Positions 21,901-31,300 of a stretch of 64,000 nucleotides of DNA are shown one piece after another (positions within the stretch are counted from its first letter, which is position 1; each line of letters begins with the position of its first letter). The DNA comes from a virus. Location of the stretch: positions 24,573-88,572 of the IMG/VR virus record IMGVR_UViG_3300020468_000005. One strand, 5' to 3'. The notes under the pieces are model-generated. The model was not told where the DNA came from and ran no database searches. It saw nothing but the letters and a program-made list of their open reading frames with translations. Position numbers and translations under genes: made by a program.

Positions 21901-22628
21901 TAACACCACAAATTCAAAATCAAACTCAACCAAAAACAAGTATCATTCCAAGAGTATTGGGTACAAGTGGTACTTCATGTGGTCCTGATAGCGATGGGGG
22001 TAATTCTGGTTTAGAGACTTCTTTCGTTAAAGATACTACTTATCTTGATGTGGTTATTGGAGAAGAGAATTACTTCCCTGCTACTAAGATTATTGCTAAC
22101 CAACTCAATGAGATTAACCGTATGAATAATGTGAAGTCGTTTACTATGGAGTTGGATTTAGAATCTGAGGTATCTCACCTATCTCCTGTGATTGATCTAT
22201 CTGCTGTATCAATTATTACAACAGCAAATATCATTAATAACCTTGAACCTACTGCTAATATTGGTAGCGAATGTGCAGCAAATTACATTACTAAGGTTGC
22301 TCGAATGGATAAGAGTGCCACTGGATTGAAGGTTATGCTTACTGCTAACACATGGACACAATCCACTATTAGAGTGATGTACAAGTTAGTACCTGTTGGT
22401 TATGCTGGTGCTCTTGATGATTTACCTTTCCAATTCTTTAATACTACAGGTATTCCAGACAGCGGTATTATTACACCACAGAATGATCTCTTTACATTTA
22501 CTGATTATGAGTATACAATAGATGATACTGAGGACTTCGATGGATTCCAAATCAAAGTAAGTTTCATTGCTTATTCTGAACCATATATACCGAGGATAAA
22601 AGACTTCAGAGCAATCGCTTTAGCATAA
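15921..22628 (+). CDS. Large virion structural protein, VrlC-like / DUF4815 (2235 aa)
   Basis: N-terminal NLNIAPYFDDFD...LFKPGYPVQARELTTLQS, APGADRFKI, LEYYTQLSLLE, RFKNGFVVDNF, DPLAQTF and LFKSQNASTW; this family typically follows gp8 in T4-like cyanophages. Confidence 0.85.
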   Translation: MAQNTNLNIAPYFDDFDDSKGFLKVLFKPGYPVQARELTTLQSLLQNQIDSFGQGVYKEGAQVIPGGITLNKDVACVIIQNNYLNLDVELYRTQLDNLVLKGSTSGVRARVLFSISSTTSTRNNITFYINYLQKADDNVTTTFTDGETLTCESDITYAATTIAANTPLAQLLNSNANSKGSTANVGAGVYYTRGYFAPVHEQTLILDQYGTDPTYKVGLKVEEKIITADEDESLYDNAIGSTNFSAPGADRFKINLTLIKKNLADPNSADFIELLRTNVGEIEKKVERSDLGFIQDVLATRTKEESGDYYVKKFEIDARENLNDGFNNGVYDAGATTGDGNTADEANIAIQLSSGQAYISGYRTERLSTTYKDVAKPRTFVGENNKYIATDIGNYVFMTNGHKAPAIYEIINLRDEITGTPGTAAGNIIGQTRVLNFSYESGTVNNQSTVYRTNLVDTKFFTRLDCQSNVNWQLGDFVVGRTSGATGFVAITNSSSQVGYLSDVIGTFTQNEQLDLNAASSGTNIGQLDNNTSAVKSYNFSDVKSYSFGSNGTADAVLDVKVALPGSGPIISSQSGSGTSQTATVTATLSNFNVQLKVGDIVEFTNANIAHKVKVTAVTDAFSFTIQKIEAGAGNMTDSAITGQIVRSRPEVKDAQKNKLVTALGYDAVKNTNKNNTQNPTGSFRKYFAGGAASGGQLGFNAGSGLVFTNTNNNDTFLLINNTNGDLLQAPSTDVATGQNVQVSGLSGTNNYSLIATVSASDRSAKGKTTERMKILKIDKSFAAGVNGLTQENATGDGYGYRVDDARISLGSGDVFKIKAIYEANGSTATADNTIPNMQFTNLVGTLSTDEVITGDTSGARGRIVAVGGNSNQIYFIPVEDDKFTDGETVTAPNATLKLIAGTVQSGGKNITDSYDLDDGQRDQFYDYSSIVRKSGYAAPTHQVLVIYDRFLTTAGINPYTVDSYDTADYKIIPNYDGEELRDSVDFRPIVPEKLANTGSVTSPFTLNGTEFFDFGSRAFTGNETGVPGPGETTIISLEHYLARVDKVFMNKDNEIQVVKGAPSTNPVEPEDIEDAMLLATINYNPYVFDVDKDVSIRETNFKRYTFRDIQQLEDRIKTLEYYTQLSLLESETASMEIRDTSGLSRFKNGFVVDNFASLSTSDTLHRDYRVSLDFDEGQCRPSHYTTQVPLTFSTASTNVQQTGDLVTLPYTSTVLLDQPYSSGVENVNPFNVFTYVGDIQLHPESDNWVDTKTLNPVKGPVVEGNFLTTVREYNADQNGFSPTQWNSWKTTWTGKTKSVDVGSWRRRTKRSRVRTITTTRTTTRKQTRTGIRYRVTPVIEQKSLGNKVVSVDHIQFMRSRNIEFNCKKLKPRTKFFGFFDGIALPTKLVTPKIIGLTKDSSSDSKTNNIPFQVGETVYVNSAGSPGFTPKKGFRFKARVAAPNEGFEINPLDGTDIQSTNDYTSNLGFLNIDTKSLADQAKGTYYGSPKINDYIIGETSGAIAKVTSKDLISDKRGKLRGSFFIDSPKGTGNLKFKTGNKLFRLTDDASDSKVIGVSDSSAEVEFTSSGILQTVQDQIISVRNAKVTSEEMFDSRTVKDTKQSKKNEVRFCDPLAQTFLIEDSSLEGGVFLTKIDIFFFTKDEEIPVSLDIRTVVNGNPTQIIVPLSKVIKDPEDVFISADASKPTSFEFESPVYLPFRQEHAIVLTSDSNQYKVFISILGEDAIDAAHAGEKISEQPYIGVLFKSQNASTWTPSQYEDLMFKIYRAEFALPSTSSNSKLVLENAQLGESNGGFLNLAANSMQMTAGQDEIRVFHGNHGMQSPLNYVQISGVTSEVPDTALTSTISTTGTSTFTVTNAALFHTTMGGSAISNSNPGFVRILGEAEDGSGDEIIAYSGINSNTITIASNGRNHSGSAGGSTGLSHSSGAIVQCYNLNGIPLTSINATHTAPGGIISINSPHSYNLKVTGKTANTSMMGGGVFITASQNIPWDVLTPQIQNQTQPKTSIIPRVLGTSGTSCGPDSDGGNSGLETSFVKDTTYLDVVIGEENYFPATKIIANQLNEINRMNNVKSFTMELDLESEVSHLSPVIDLSAVSIITTANIINNLEPTANIGSECAANYITKVARMDKSATGLKVMLTANTWTQSTIRVMYKLVPVGYAGALDDLPFQFFNTTGIPDSGIITPQNDLFTFTDYEYTIDDTEDFDGFQIKVSFIAYSEPYIPRIKDFRAIALA

Positions 22629-22852
22629 TGGAAGATAAAATACTTGATCTAATCCCTGTCGAAGGACATAACTCCCTCGGCAGGGATGCTGATTCTAATG
22701 CAATCGTCAATACAGACGATAGTGCATATGACGCTTATATAAAAGCAAGAGAAAATGCACGCAACAAAGATCGCACTTTAGATGACTTGAAGAGAGAAGT
22801 TGACGAACTTAAAGACCTTATAAACGACTTAATACAGAAAGAGGATAAATAA
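22628..22852 (+). CDS. Small hypothetical protein with C-terminal coiled coil (74 aa)
   Basis: 1-nt overlap with the upstream stop; VEGHxxLxRDxxSNAIVN followed by heptads. Confidence 0.75.
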   Translation: MEDKILDLIPVEGHNSLGRDADSNAIVNTDDSAYDAYIKARENARNKDRTLDDLKREVDELKDLINDLIQKEDK

Positions 22853-22866
22853 AGTTAAGCTAAATA
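22844..22866 (+). promoter_or_regulatory. Late-promoter-like motifs GATAAATA (22844) and CTAAATA (22860)
   Basis: Two TAAATA cores just upstream of the ATG at 22887. Confidence 0.55.
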
Positions 22867-22886
22867 TTATATGGAATTCTTAGAGA

Positions 22887-23225
22887 ATGGCAAGTGCTGT
22901 ATCCAACCTACTAATATATCAAGGTTCTGACTTTATCATCGACTTCACAGTTGAGAATGATAATGGCACAGAATTTAACCTTACAGGATATACAGTAGCA
23001 AGTTTGATAAAGAAACACTACACAAGTAGTACTTCTCAAACTGTAACGTCTGCAGTCCTGACTCCTACAACGAGTGGAAGAATACAATTATCTCTAACTA
23101 ATTCCCAGACCGCTGCTATGAAAAGTGGACGGTATGTGTATGATGTCGTCATAACTTCAGCATCTGGTATCAAGTCCAGAGTGTTAGAGGGTTCAGTAAG
23201 CGTACTTGAGGGGGTAACACTTTAA
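22887..23225 (+). CDS. Small virion structural protein (112 aa), beta-sandwich / BppU-N-like
   Basis: NLxIxQGSDF...FNLTGYT...GRIxLSLT..QT...GRYVYDV...RVLEG pattern common in myovirus tail regions. Confidence 0.7.
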   Translation: MASAVSNLLIYQGSDFIIDFTVENDNGTEFNLTGYTVASLIKKHYTSSTSQTVTSAVLTPTTSGRIQLSLTNSQTAAMKSGRYVYDVVITSASGIKSRVLEGSVSVLEGVTL

Positions 23226-23447
23226 ATGGCAAGATTAAGATTTGGGGACCAATCAGTCCCAAGAGTAACTCGTGTCGCCACTGGTGGTGGCGGTGGCACG
23301 ATTGGTGCTATGTCAGACGTAGATTTGACAGATGTATCACAAGGTGGACTAGCAGAAGGTTCAGTGCTTGTGTATGATTCAGCAGCAACAAGATTTGTCG
23401 CCACGAATGTTTTAAATCACGTAACAGTAAACGGGGGTAGCTTCTAA
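23226..23447 (+). CDS. Small hypothetical tail-associated protein (73 aa)
   Basis: Abuts both neighbours; MSDVDLT..GSVLVYD and a C-terminal NGGSF resembling the DGGTF end of the next gene. Confidence 0.7.
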   Translation: MARLRFGDQSVPRVTRVATGGGGGTIGAMSDVDLTDVSQGGLAEGSVLVYDSAATRFVATNVLNHVTVNGGSF

Positions 23448-25132
23448 TGGCATCCAATATTCTAATTAAAAGGAGTACTGGTTCAACCGCACCTGGTAGT
23501 ATTACATTTGGTGAACTCGCCATTACTACAGGAGCAAACGGAACTCAGGCAAACGCAGGAGACAGACTATTCATTGGAGACAATAATGGTGCTGCACAGA
23601 TTGTCGGTGGTAGATATTTTATGGACATGTTGGATCATGTTCATGGTACATTAACTGCTAGTTCATCTGTAATAGTCGATAGTAATTCAAAAATTGATCA
23701 GTGGAATGTTGACGACATCACCCTTGATGCAAATGTCATTACAACATCTACTACTGATGCTGACCTTATCTTCCGTGCAAATGGTACAGGTAAACTGGTT
23801 ATTGAAGATGGTCAGGAACTAGAGTTTGGAACTACAGGAGATGTAGAACTCTCATATAATGACTCAGATGCAGTTTTAGACATCAAGCGTGTAGCAGGTA
23901 CCCCCGACTTGCGTATTGCTGATGATATGAAACTAAACTTTGGTAATACAAAGGATGCTTCTATCAGATATGACGAGACAACTTCTGACAAGATTCAAGT
24001 AGAAGGTGCAGACTGGAACTATAGTACAGGTGTACTAGTCAACTATGCTGATACTACAGATGCTTCTAACGTTGCCACAGCAGGTGTTACATTTGCGGGT
24101 GGTATTGGTGTAGGAGCTACTGCATGGATCAAAGACCTTAAGGTTGATGATAATACAGTTCTTGGTACTGCTGATACAGATACACTGGAAGTTAATGCAA
24201 CAACTACCTTCCAGAATGGTGTAACCTTTAATGGAACCACAAACATTTCTGGTAATACATCTCAGACTGGTTCTATTGAAATTGATAACCTTAAGTTAGA
24301 CGGAAACGTACTTTCTACTATTAATAGTATACAAGAATTGATTATTGACCCATTTCCTGCAGGTGGAGACGCTGATGGTTTGGTCATAATTAAAGGTGAC
24401 CTTCAAATTGATGGTACAACAACTACTGTTAATAGTGCTTCAATGTCTGTTAACGATCCTACTATTGAATTAGGAGATCCCACTACACCGATCACAGTTA
24501 AAACTCTTGCTACCTTTGCGGGTAACGCAACAGTTGCTGTTGTAGTTGATGCAGTGGAGCAATTATCAGTCGGTGATTCAATCACTGGTACTGGTATTCC
24601 TGGTGGCACAACAATCTCTGCTATCAACACAGGTACAAAAACTATTACATTAAGTGCAGCAATTACTGCTGACCAAGTTGTAGGTGCTACCTTAGTTACA
24701 GTTAGAGGTGCTGATGATGCAATGGATCGTGGTGTTAAAATTCACTACAATCTATCTGGAACCAATAAATTTGGTTTCTTTGGTTATGACCGCACTGGTG
24801 GTGGTGACGGTGCAGGTGCTTGGACATTTATTGAAGAAGCAACTGACACAGGTACTGTTTTTGGTGTAACTGGAAACCGTGGTACTGTTCTTATCGGTGA
24901 TCTTGAACTAGACACTGACCTTGAAGTTCAGTTTGGTGGTACTGGTGCAGGTACATTTACCTCAAATGGTATCGTATATGGTAATGGCACAAGTCCTCTA
25001 CAGGTAACTGCAGAGGCTAACATGGCATCACCTGGTACTGGAAATGATGCTACTACATCATATCAAGTATTGACTGTTACTTCAGCTGGAGTCCCAGTCT
25101 GGACAAACACCCTCGATGGAGGAACTTTTTAA
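23447..25132 (+). CDS. Tail fibre-like structural protein (561 aa) with Mtd-N-like N-terminus
   Basis: N-terminal ILIKRSTG..P..I..GELA...LFIG; internal GDLQIDGTTTTVNS..SVNDP.IELG and DRGV; C-terminal LDGGTF. Confidence 0.75.
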   Translation: MASNILIKRSTGSTAPGSITFGELAITTGANGTQANAGDRLFIGDNNGAAQIVGGRYFMDMLDHVHGTLTASSSVIVDSNSKIDQWNVDDITLDANVITTSTTDADLIFRANGTGKLVIEDGQELEFGTTGDVELSYNDSDAVLDIKRVAGTPDLRIADDMKLNFGNTKDASIRYDETTSDKIQVEGADWNYSTGVLVNYADTTDASNVATAGVTFAGGIGVGATAWIKDLKVDDNTVLGTADTDTLEVNATTTFQNGVTFNGTTNISGNTSQTGSIEIDNLKLDGNVLSTINSIQELIIDPFPAGGDADGLVIIKGDLQIDGTTTTVNSASMSVNDPTIELGDPTTPITVKTLATFAGNATVAVVVDAVEQLSVGDSITGTGIPGGTTISAINTGTKTITLSAAITADQVVGATLVTVRGADDAMDRGVKIHYNLSGTNKFGFFGYDRTGGGDGAGAWTFIEEATDTGTVFGVTGNRGTVLIGDLELDTDLEVQFGGTGAGTFTSNGIVYGNGTSPLQVTAEANMASPGTGNDATTSYQVLTVTSAGVPVWTNTLDGGTF

Positions 25133-25142
25133 AATTTGAATT

Positions 25143-25349
25143 ATGAATGCACAAATTGTTATTAACACATTACAAAAGAAAATTTCTGAATTGACATTAG
25201 TAAATGTGATGTTAGAAGCACAAATAGCTGACTTACAAAATCAGTTAAATAGTATGAATCAAGACCAAATTCCTGAGAATGCTCTAGATGGCAACGAGAA
25301 TCAAGCTAAAGAGATCGACGACAGCAGCAGTCGTCCCGACAACTTCTAA
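25143..25349 (+). CDS. Small coiled-coil hypothetical protein (68 aa)
   Basis: Heptad pattern LQKKISELTLVNVMLEAQIADLQNQL; 3' end overlaps the next gene by 62 nt. Confidence 0.65.
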   Translation: MNAQIVINTLQKKISELTLVNVMLEAQIADLQNQLNSMNQDQIPENALDGNENQAKEIDDSSSRPDNF

Positions 25350-28300
25350 TTTAGAAGATGGCGAAATAGCTCTTAATATAGCGGATAGAAAACTATACGC
25401 TAGAAACGGATCAAATATAATAGAGGTTGCTAACCAGAAACCCAATACGGGTGAGGTGGTTACATCCATGCTTTCCACTGACATCACGAATGGTCAGGGG
25501 AATACTTATTATGTCGCGTCAGTAGGTTCAGATAATAATACTCTTGCTAATGGTGGTAATGCAGGTCTACATCCAGATACACCATTCCTTACTATTACAA
25601 AGGCACTTGGAACTGCCACAGCAGGTGATACAATCATAGTTGCACCAGGTGAGTATCAAGAAACATTCCCAATGACTGTACCTGACGGAGTCACTCTTCG
25701 TGGTACTAATTTACGTTCTACATCTGTAAAACCAACAGGTGTTACTAATGCTAACACTGCATTTAAACTTTCAGGAGACTGTCACGTTTCCGATTTAACA
25801 ATCAAAGATTTCTATTATGATAGTTCAAATGATGACGGATATGCGTTTGAACTTATCACTTCATTAAATTCTACACAGAGTCCATATATCGAGAGATGTA
25901 CAGTTAATACAAAAGGTAGTGTAACTAGTGCATCAGACCCTTATGGGTATGCACAGGGAGATGCAGGACGTGGTGCTAAGTTAGATGGTGCAAATATTGC
26001 AGCTGCATCACAGCATAGTTCTGTTTTATTCAATGAATGTACATTCATTACACCGAATCAGATTGGTGTAATTGCAACTAATGGTATAAGAGTTGAGTGG
26101 TTAAATTGCTTTAACTATTTCGCATCCATAGGTATTCAAGGTATTCAAGGTGCTACTGGTAAGTCTGGAACAGGTAATACAAGATTAAAACTAGGTGGAG
26201 TCAGTGGAACATACTCTACATCTGAGGTTACATATCAATTAGAGGACAGTTTCCAGTCAGGAACCTATGCTAGATCAAGTTCTACTGTTACATTGACAAG
26301 AACAGGACATGGTTTAGTAACAGGTGATTACATCTACGCAGATCATATCAGTGGTTCTGCTACAGATAATTTTTATCAAGTTACAAAGGTAGACAATAAT
26401 ACAGTCACATATGCAGATGGTGCATCTGGAACAACATCTGGTAATGTTACTTACAAGAAGGCAGTTGCACGAGGTGTAGTTTCTAGTAATGATGGAACTT
26501 ATATATTCATTACTGGTAAAGGAACTGGAGCATTTACTACAGTCAATAAATCCGCAAAAACTTTAAGTAGATTTGGTGACTCACAGTTAGATACAGCACA
26601 AAAGAAATTTGGAACATCATCTATATTATTAGACGGAACTGAAGATAACGTAAAAGTTCCAACTTCAGAAGACTTTGGATTTGGTACATCAAACTGGTGT
26701 TTAGAAGCATTCATAAGACCAAACAGTGTAACAGGCATACAGCATATATTTGATTTAAGAGATGCATCTGGTACAGATACTGCACCAAAATTATACTTAA
26801 ATGGCACAACCCTTCATTATGGAGTAGGTAATGCATCAACTCGTAGTGGTGGTACTTTATCAACTGGTACATGGTATCACGTTGCAGTAGCAAGACAGGG
26901 AGGAACCACAAAATTATTCTTAGATGGAGTAGAGTTAGGAACTGGTGCAGATACTAATGACTATGGTTCTACTAAACCAGTTATCATAGGTTCAGACTAT
27001 CAAGCATCTCCTACTGAAGCATTTAACGGACATATTGACGAGGTAAGAATTAGTAAAGGTGCTGCTAGATTCACTGCAGGATTTACCCCTACAACAGGCG
27101 AATACTCATCAGATCTTAATACAGTACTATTGCTTCATGCTAACGGTGATGACGCTTCTACGACCTTTACAGACGGGTCTGGTGGCACATCTGATATTAG
27201 ATCAAGTGGTGGTGATTCTGCTACATCTGTTATCACTGCTGACTATTCTGCATTCGGTGCTGAGATGCGTTCAGTTGCATCTGCATGTGTATATGGAAGT
27301 AAAGGTGTACAGGCAGACGGTTCTGGTGTAAAACTTATATTGACTGCACATAACTTTGGTTATGTTGGATCTGGTTCAGACTATACTAATGACCCATCTC
27401 TTGCTGTACAGGCAAATGAGGTAGAAGAACTTAACAATGGTAAGGTTCTATATTCTTCCACAGACCAAGACGGTGACTTCCGTGTTGGTGAAGCATTTTC
27501 TGTAGACCAAGAGACTGGTAACGTTCAATTCCAAGCAACCTCTACTGCTCAGTCTGCTGCAAATATTACGTTAAGTGATGGAACTGGTACTACTAACATT
27601 TTCCCTGCATACATTGAGACAGGTAACTTACGTTTAGCAGGTAACAGTATTACTTCAACGACAGGTCAGGTAATCGTTGACCCTTCTGGTCAGGAAGACT
27701 TTGTTGTTAACGCTGAAACAATCGTTAAAGAAGCAGTTTACTTTGATGTTAATAAGTCAATATCATTTGGTAGTGTAATCCAAGGTGCTCTTAATATTGC
27801 AGGATTCCAAGACAGTACATTATTTGGTTCATCTGAAGCATCTTGCTTCTCTACAAGATCATTTGTTGTTCTTAAGAATGGTTTAGGTACAGTTACAGTT
27901 ACTTCTGCAGGTACTGGATATGAGGGTGGACAACAATCCGTATCTGTAACATCAGATCCTTTCCAAAAAGGAACTGCCACAGCAGCATTAGCAACAACTG
28001 GTGCTATAAAATCAATTACGTTAAGTAATAGAGGAAGTGGTTATAGTGCTTCTCCAGACATCACATTTTCATCTGGAGCTGCTGCAGCGACTGCTAATTT
28101 AGGTCAAGCAGGTAATGTTGTAGCCGCAGCAGTTGATTTTGGTGGTACTAACTATTCAGGACCTACTGCAGTCGTAGATCCACCTCCTCAAAATACATTT
28201 TCACCTAGTGGTACTGTTGTTGATACAACTGCGAATACTATTACAATTTCTAGTCACAGTTTTGAAACTGGTGATCAAGTAACATATGATTCTCAAACTC

Positions 28301-31300
28301 TTGATGCTGGTGCAACATCTGTTGGTGGTCTTACTCATAACAGCACCTATTATATCATTTGGGTAGATACAGATACTATTAAAGTAGCAGCATCACTATC
28401 AGATGCAAACGCAGGAACTGAAATATCATTGGGACCTGCTACAGGTTCTAACGATCAGTTCTTCATTGGAACATCTGCAACTCTTAATTTAGGACAAACA
28501 GGTGGTGTCATTGATAGTGTCACAATAACTTCTGCAGGATCTGGATACCAATCAAACCCATCAGTTACTATTGCTGATTCAGGAACTGGTTCTGGTGCTG
28601 TATTAACTACAACTCTTGGATATACTGTTCAAAGTATAACTGTATCAGATGGTGGTCAATACACATCTGCAACTTTACCAACTATAACATTTGCTAATGC
28701 TGCTGGTGATACTACAGGATCTGGAGTTGCAGGTTCACCTGATATAGGTTTCCCTGTTGAAACTCTAACTGTAACTGGTAACGGTCTGGGTTATAGAAAT
28801 ACTCCTGGTGTTACATTTACTGGTGGTACTCCCTCTCAGGAAGCAAATGCTACTGCAGTTCTTGATGAAAAGACTGGTAGACTTTCCTCAATTACTCTTG
28901 ATAGTGGTGGTATTGGATATTCATCTGCTCCTACTGTTGAAGTAACTGGAGGTGGTGGTAAAGATGGTGTTGTTAATATTGATATTCAATCAATATCTGG
29001 TACTATTACATCTTCTGGTTCTGGATACTTAGCAGGTTCATATCCAAACGTACAGTTTACTGGTGGAGCTCCAACTACAACTACAACTGCCACATTCGTA
29101 ATTCCTGGTTTTAGTGGAAGTATCACAAATGGTGGTTCTGGATATACTGATGGTACATACCAAACAAACTTTAGAAACGTACCAACTGCAACTTATACAG
29201 TTACTGTTGTTCAAAGAGATAAATTAAATCTTTCTAATATTACTGGTGGAACATTTGCTGTAGGTAATACTGTTACTGGTTCTGTTTCTGGTGCAACTGG
29301 AACAGTTACTAAGGTTCTTACTGATGCTGTTTTTGTTAACAACGTAACTGGTTCATTCTTAGATGCTCAACAAGAAAATATAGCTACTGGTGGTGTTAGT
29401 GCTCAACTTGATTCATTGAACCTTGCTACTAATAGGTACTTGATTGACACAGGATCAGGACCTGTTGAAGCTCCATCCATTACACTAGTTGATAATAATA
29501 CATATCGTTTTGATCAGAGTGACTCTAGTAATGCTACTCATGAATTAGCAATACAGTCAGTAACTAACGTTACTACAAGAAATGCAGGTACTGCAGGTAC
29601 TGCGGGTGCATATTTTGAAATGATAGTTGGTTCTGTGTCTGGAACTACTACTGACGGTACATATCAATGTGTTCAACATGGTGTTGCCATGAGTGAACCA
29701 ACTCCTAACTTAACATTTACATCTGGTTCTTCAGGTAACTCTGGTGATCAGATGACTGGTGATTTCACAGTTAGTGGTGGAGCAATAACTTCACTTTCTA
29801 TATTGACACAAGGTTTAGGATATGCATTAAATAACCAGTTAACTGTAGATCCTGGTGATGTTGGTGGTACTGGTTCTGGATTTATATACACTTTGAATAG
29901 TGAACAGACTGGAGTTACAGCAGTTAATGATATATCCCTAACAGGTGCAGGTTATAATATTGGTGATGTTCTTTCAGTAGATGATGCTACAGTTGGTGGT
30001 GGAGGTGGAGCTGGATTCCAGTTCACAGTTAATAACGTAGGTTTTGCAACTGGAGCTACAGTAACCACACCAGGTACTGCATTTGAAGCAGCTGACGCTC
30101 CGATAATAGGTAACGTTGGTGGTGACCAAGCAGTTCAAGGAACAGGTTTAGTTTTAGACATTGCTACTATTAGTAGTGAGAAAAATATTGAGTTAACTCA
30201 AGAAGGTCTACTTACTTTAGGACCTACTGGTGGTGCTCAGGTAATAATGAATCCAGATGGAACTACAACTGCAGCAAACTGGAATATATCAGCAGCTGGT
30301 GGTTCTACATTTACAACTATAGCTGGTACAACTGGAACGTTTAGTTCCACGCTAACTGTTCAGAGTACATCTACCTTTACTGGATTGGGAACATTCAATG
30401 GTGGTATAACTGTAAGTGGTGCTTCAAGTAGCATAGACCAAGCAACAATTAAACTTGATGATGGTGCAGAAGCAACTCCAACGCTAACATTTACTAATTC
30501 TAATACTAGTGGATTCTATAGATCTGCAAGTAACACAATTGGAATTACTCTTGGTGGAACTCAATTTGGTGAGATTGGTGCTTCTAGAGGTATAGATGCA
30601 AAACTATTCCAAGCAGATGCTACAGTTGGTAGTCTAACTCCATTCTTCAAAGTAGATACTGCTAACACTAAGGTACAGATAGGACCTGCTGCAGCACAAA
30701 TAGAAATTGACAATACTAATACTATTTTTGGTAATGGTTCAGATATTAATGTACCACTAAACTTTGATACCAAAGGTGAAGGTAATTTTGTATTTAAAGG
30801 TGGCACAAATGTTGACTTCTCTATAACTGATGGTACTGATGAAAAATTAAAAATTGATACTGGAACTGGTGATTTAACTGTTAGTGGTAACTTAGATGCT
30901 GGTCTTTTACGTATTCTTGATAATGTAGTTCAAAACAATAGTTCAACAGCAACAAGATCATTTGGTCAAATTCTTGCAGTATCAGTTACAGGAACTGGAT
31001 CTGGATATACTGACGGAACATACACAGCAACTGCAACAACTTCATCTGGAATTGGAACTGGATTGACTCTAACAGTCACAGTCGCTAGTGGAGACTTCTC
31101 AGCAGTAACTGTAGTTGCGAAGGGTCAAAATTATGCAGTAGGAGATACCATTCTTATAACAGCAGCAGGTGGTGGATCTGGTAGAACAATTACCGTTAGT
31201 GATGTTGATGGTACTGGTGTTGCGATCAAACCTTCTTCAGGATTTGATATTCTTTGTGATACTACTGGTTCACTTATAGTTCCATCAGGAACTACAAACG

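Noticed and set aside
25288-25349. 62-nt gene overlap as a programmed frameshift
   Set aside because: The downstream gene has its own ATG and a typical N-terminal motif, and no slippery sequence is evident.
23447-25450. Mtd-like N-termini suggesting a diversity-generating retroelement
   Set aside because: No reverse transcriptase and no template/variable repeat pair differing at adenines was seen in this window; this N-terminal motif is common in fibres.
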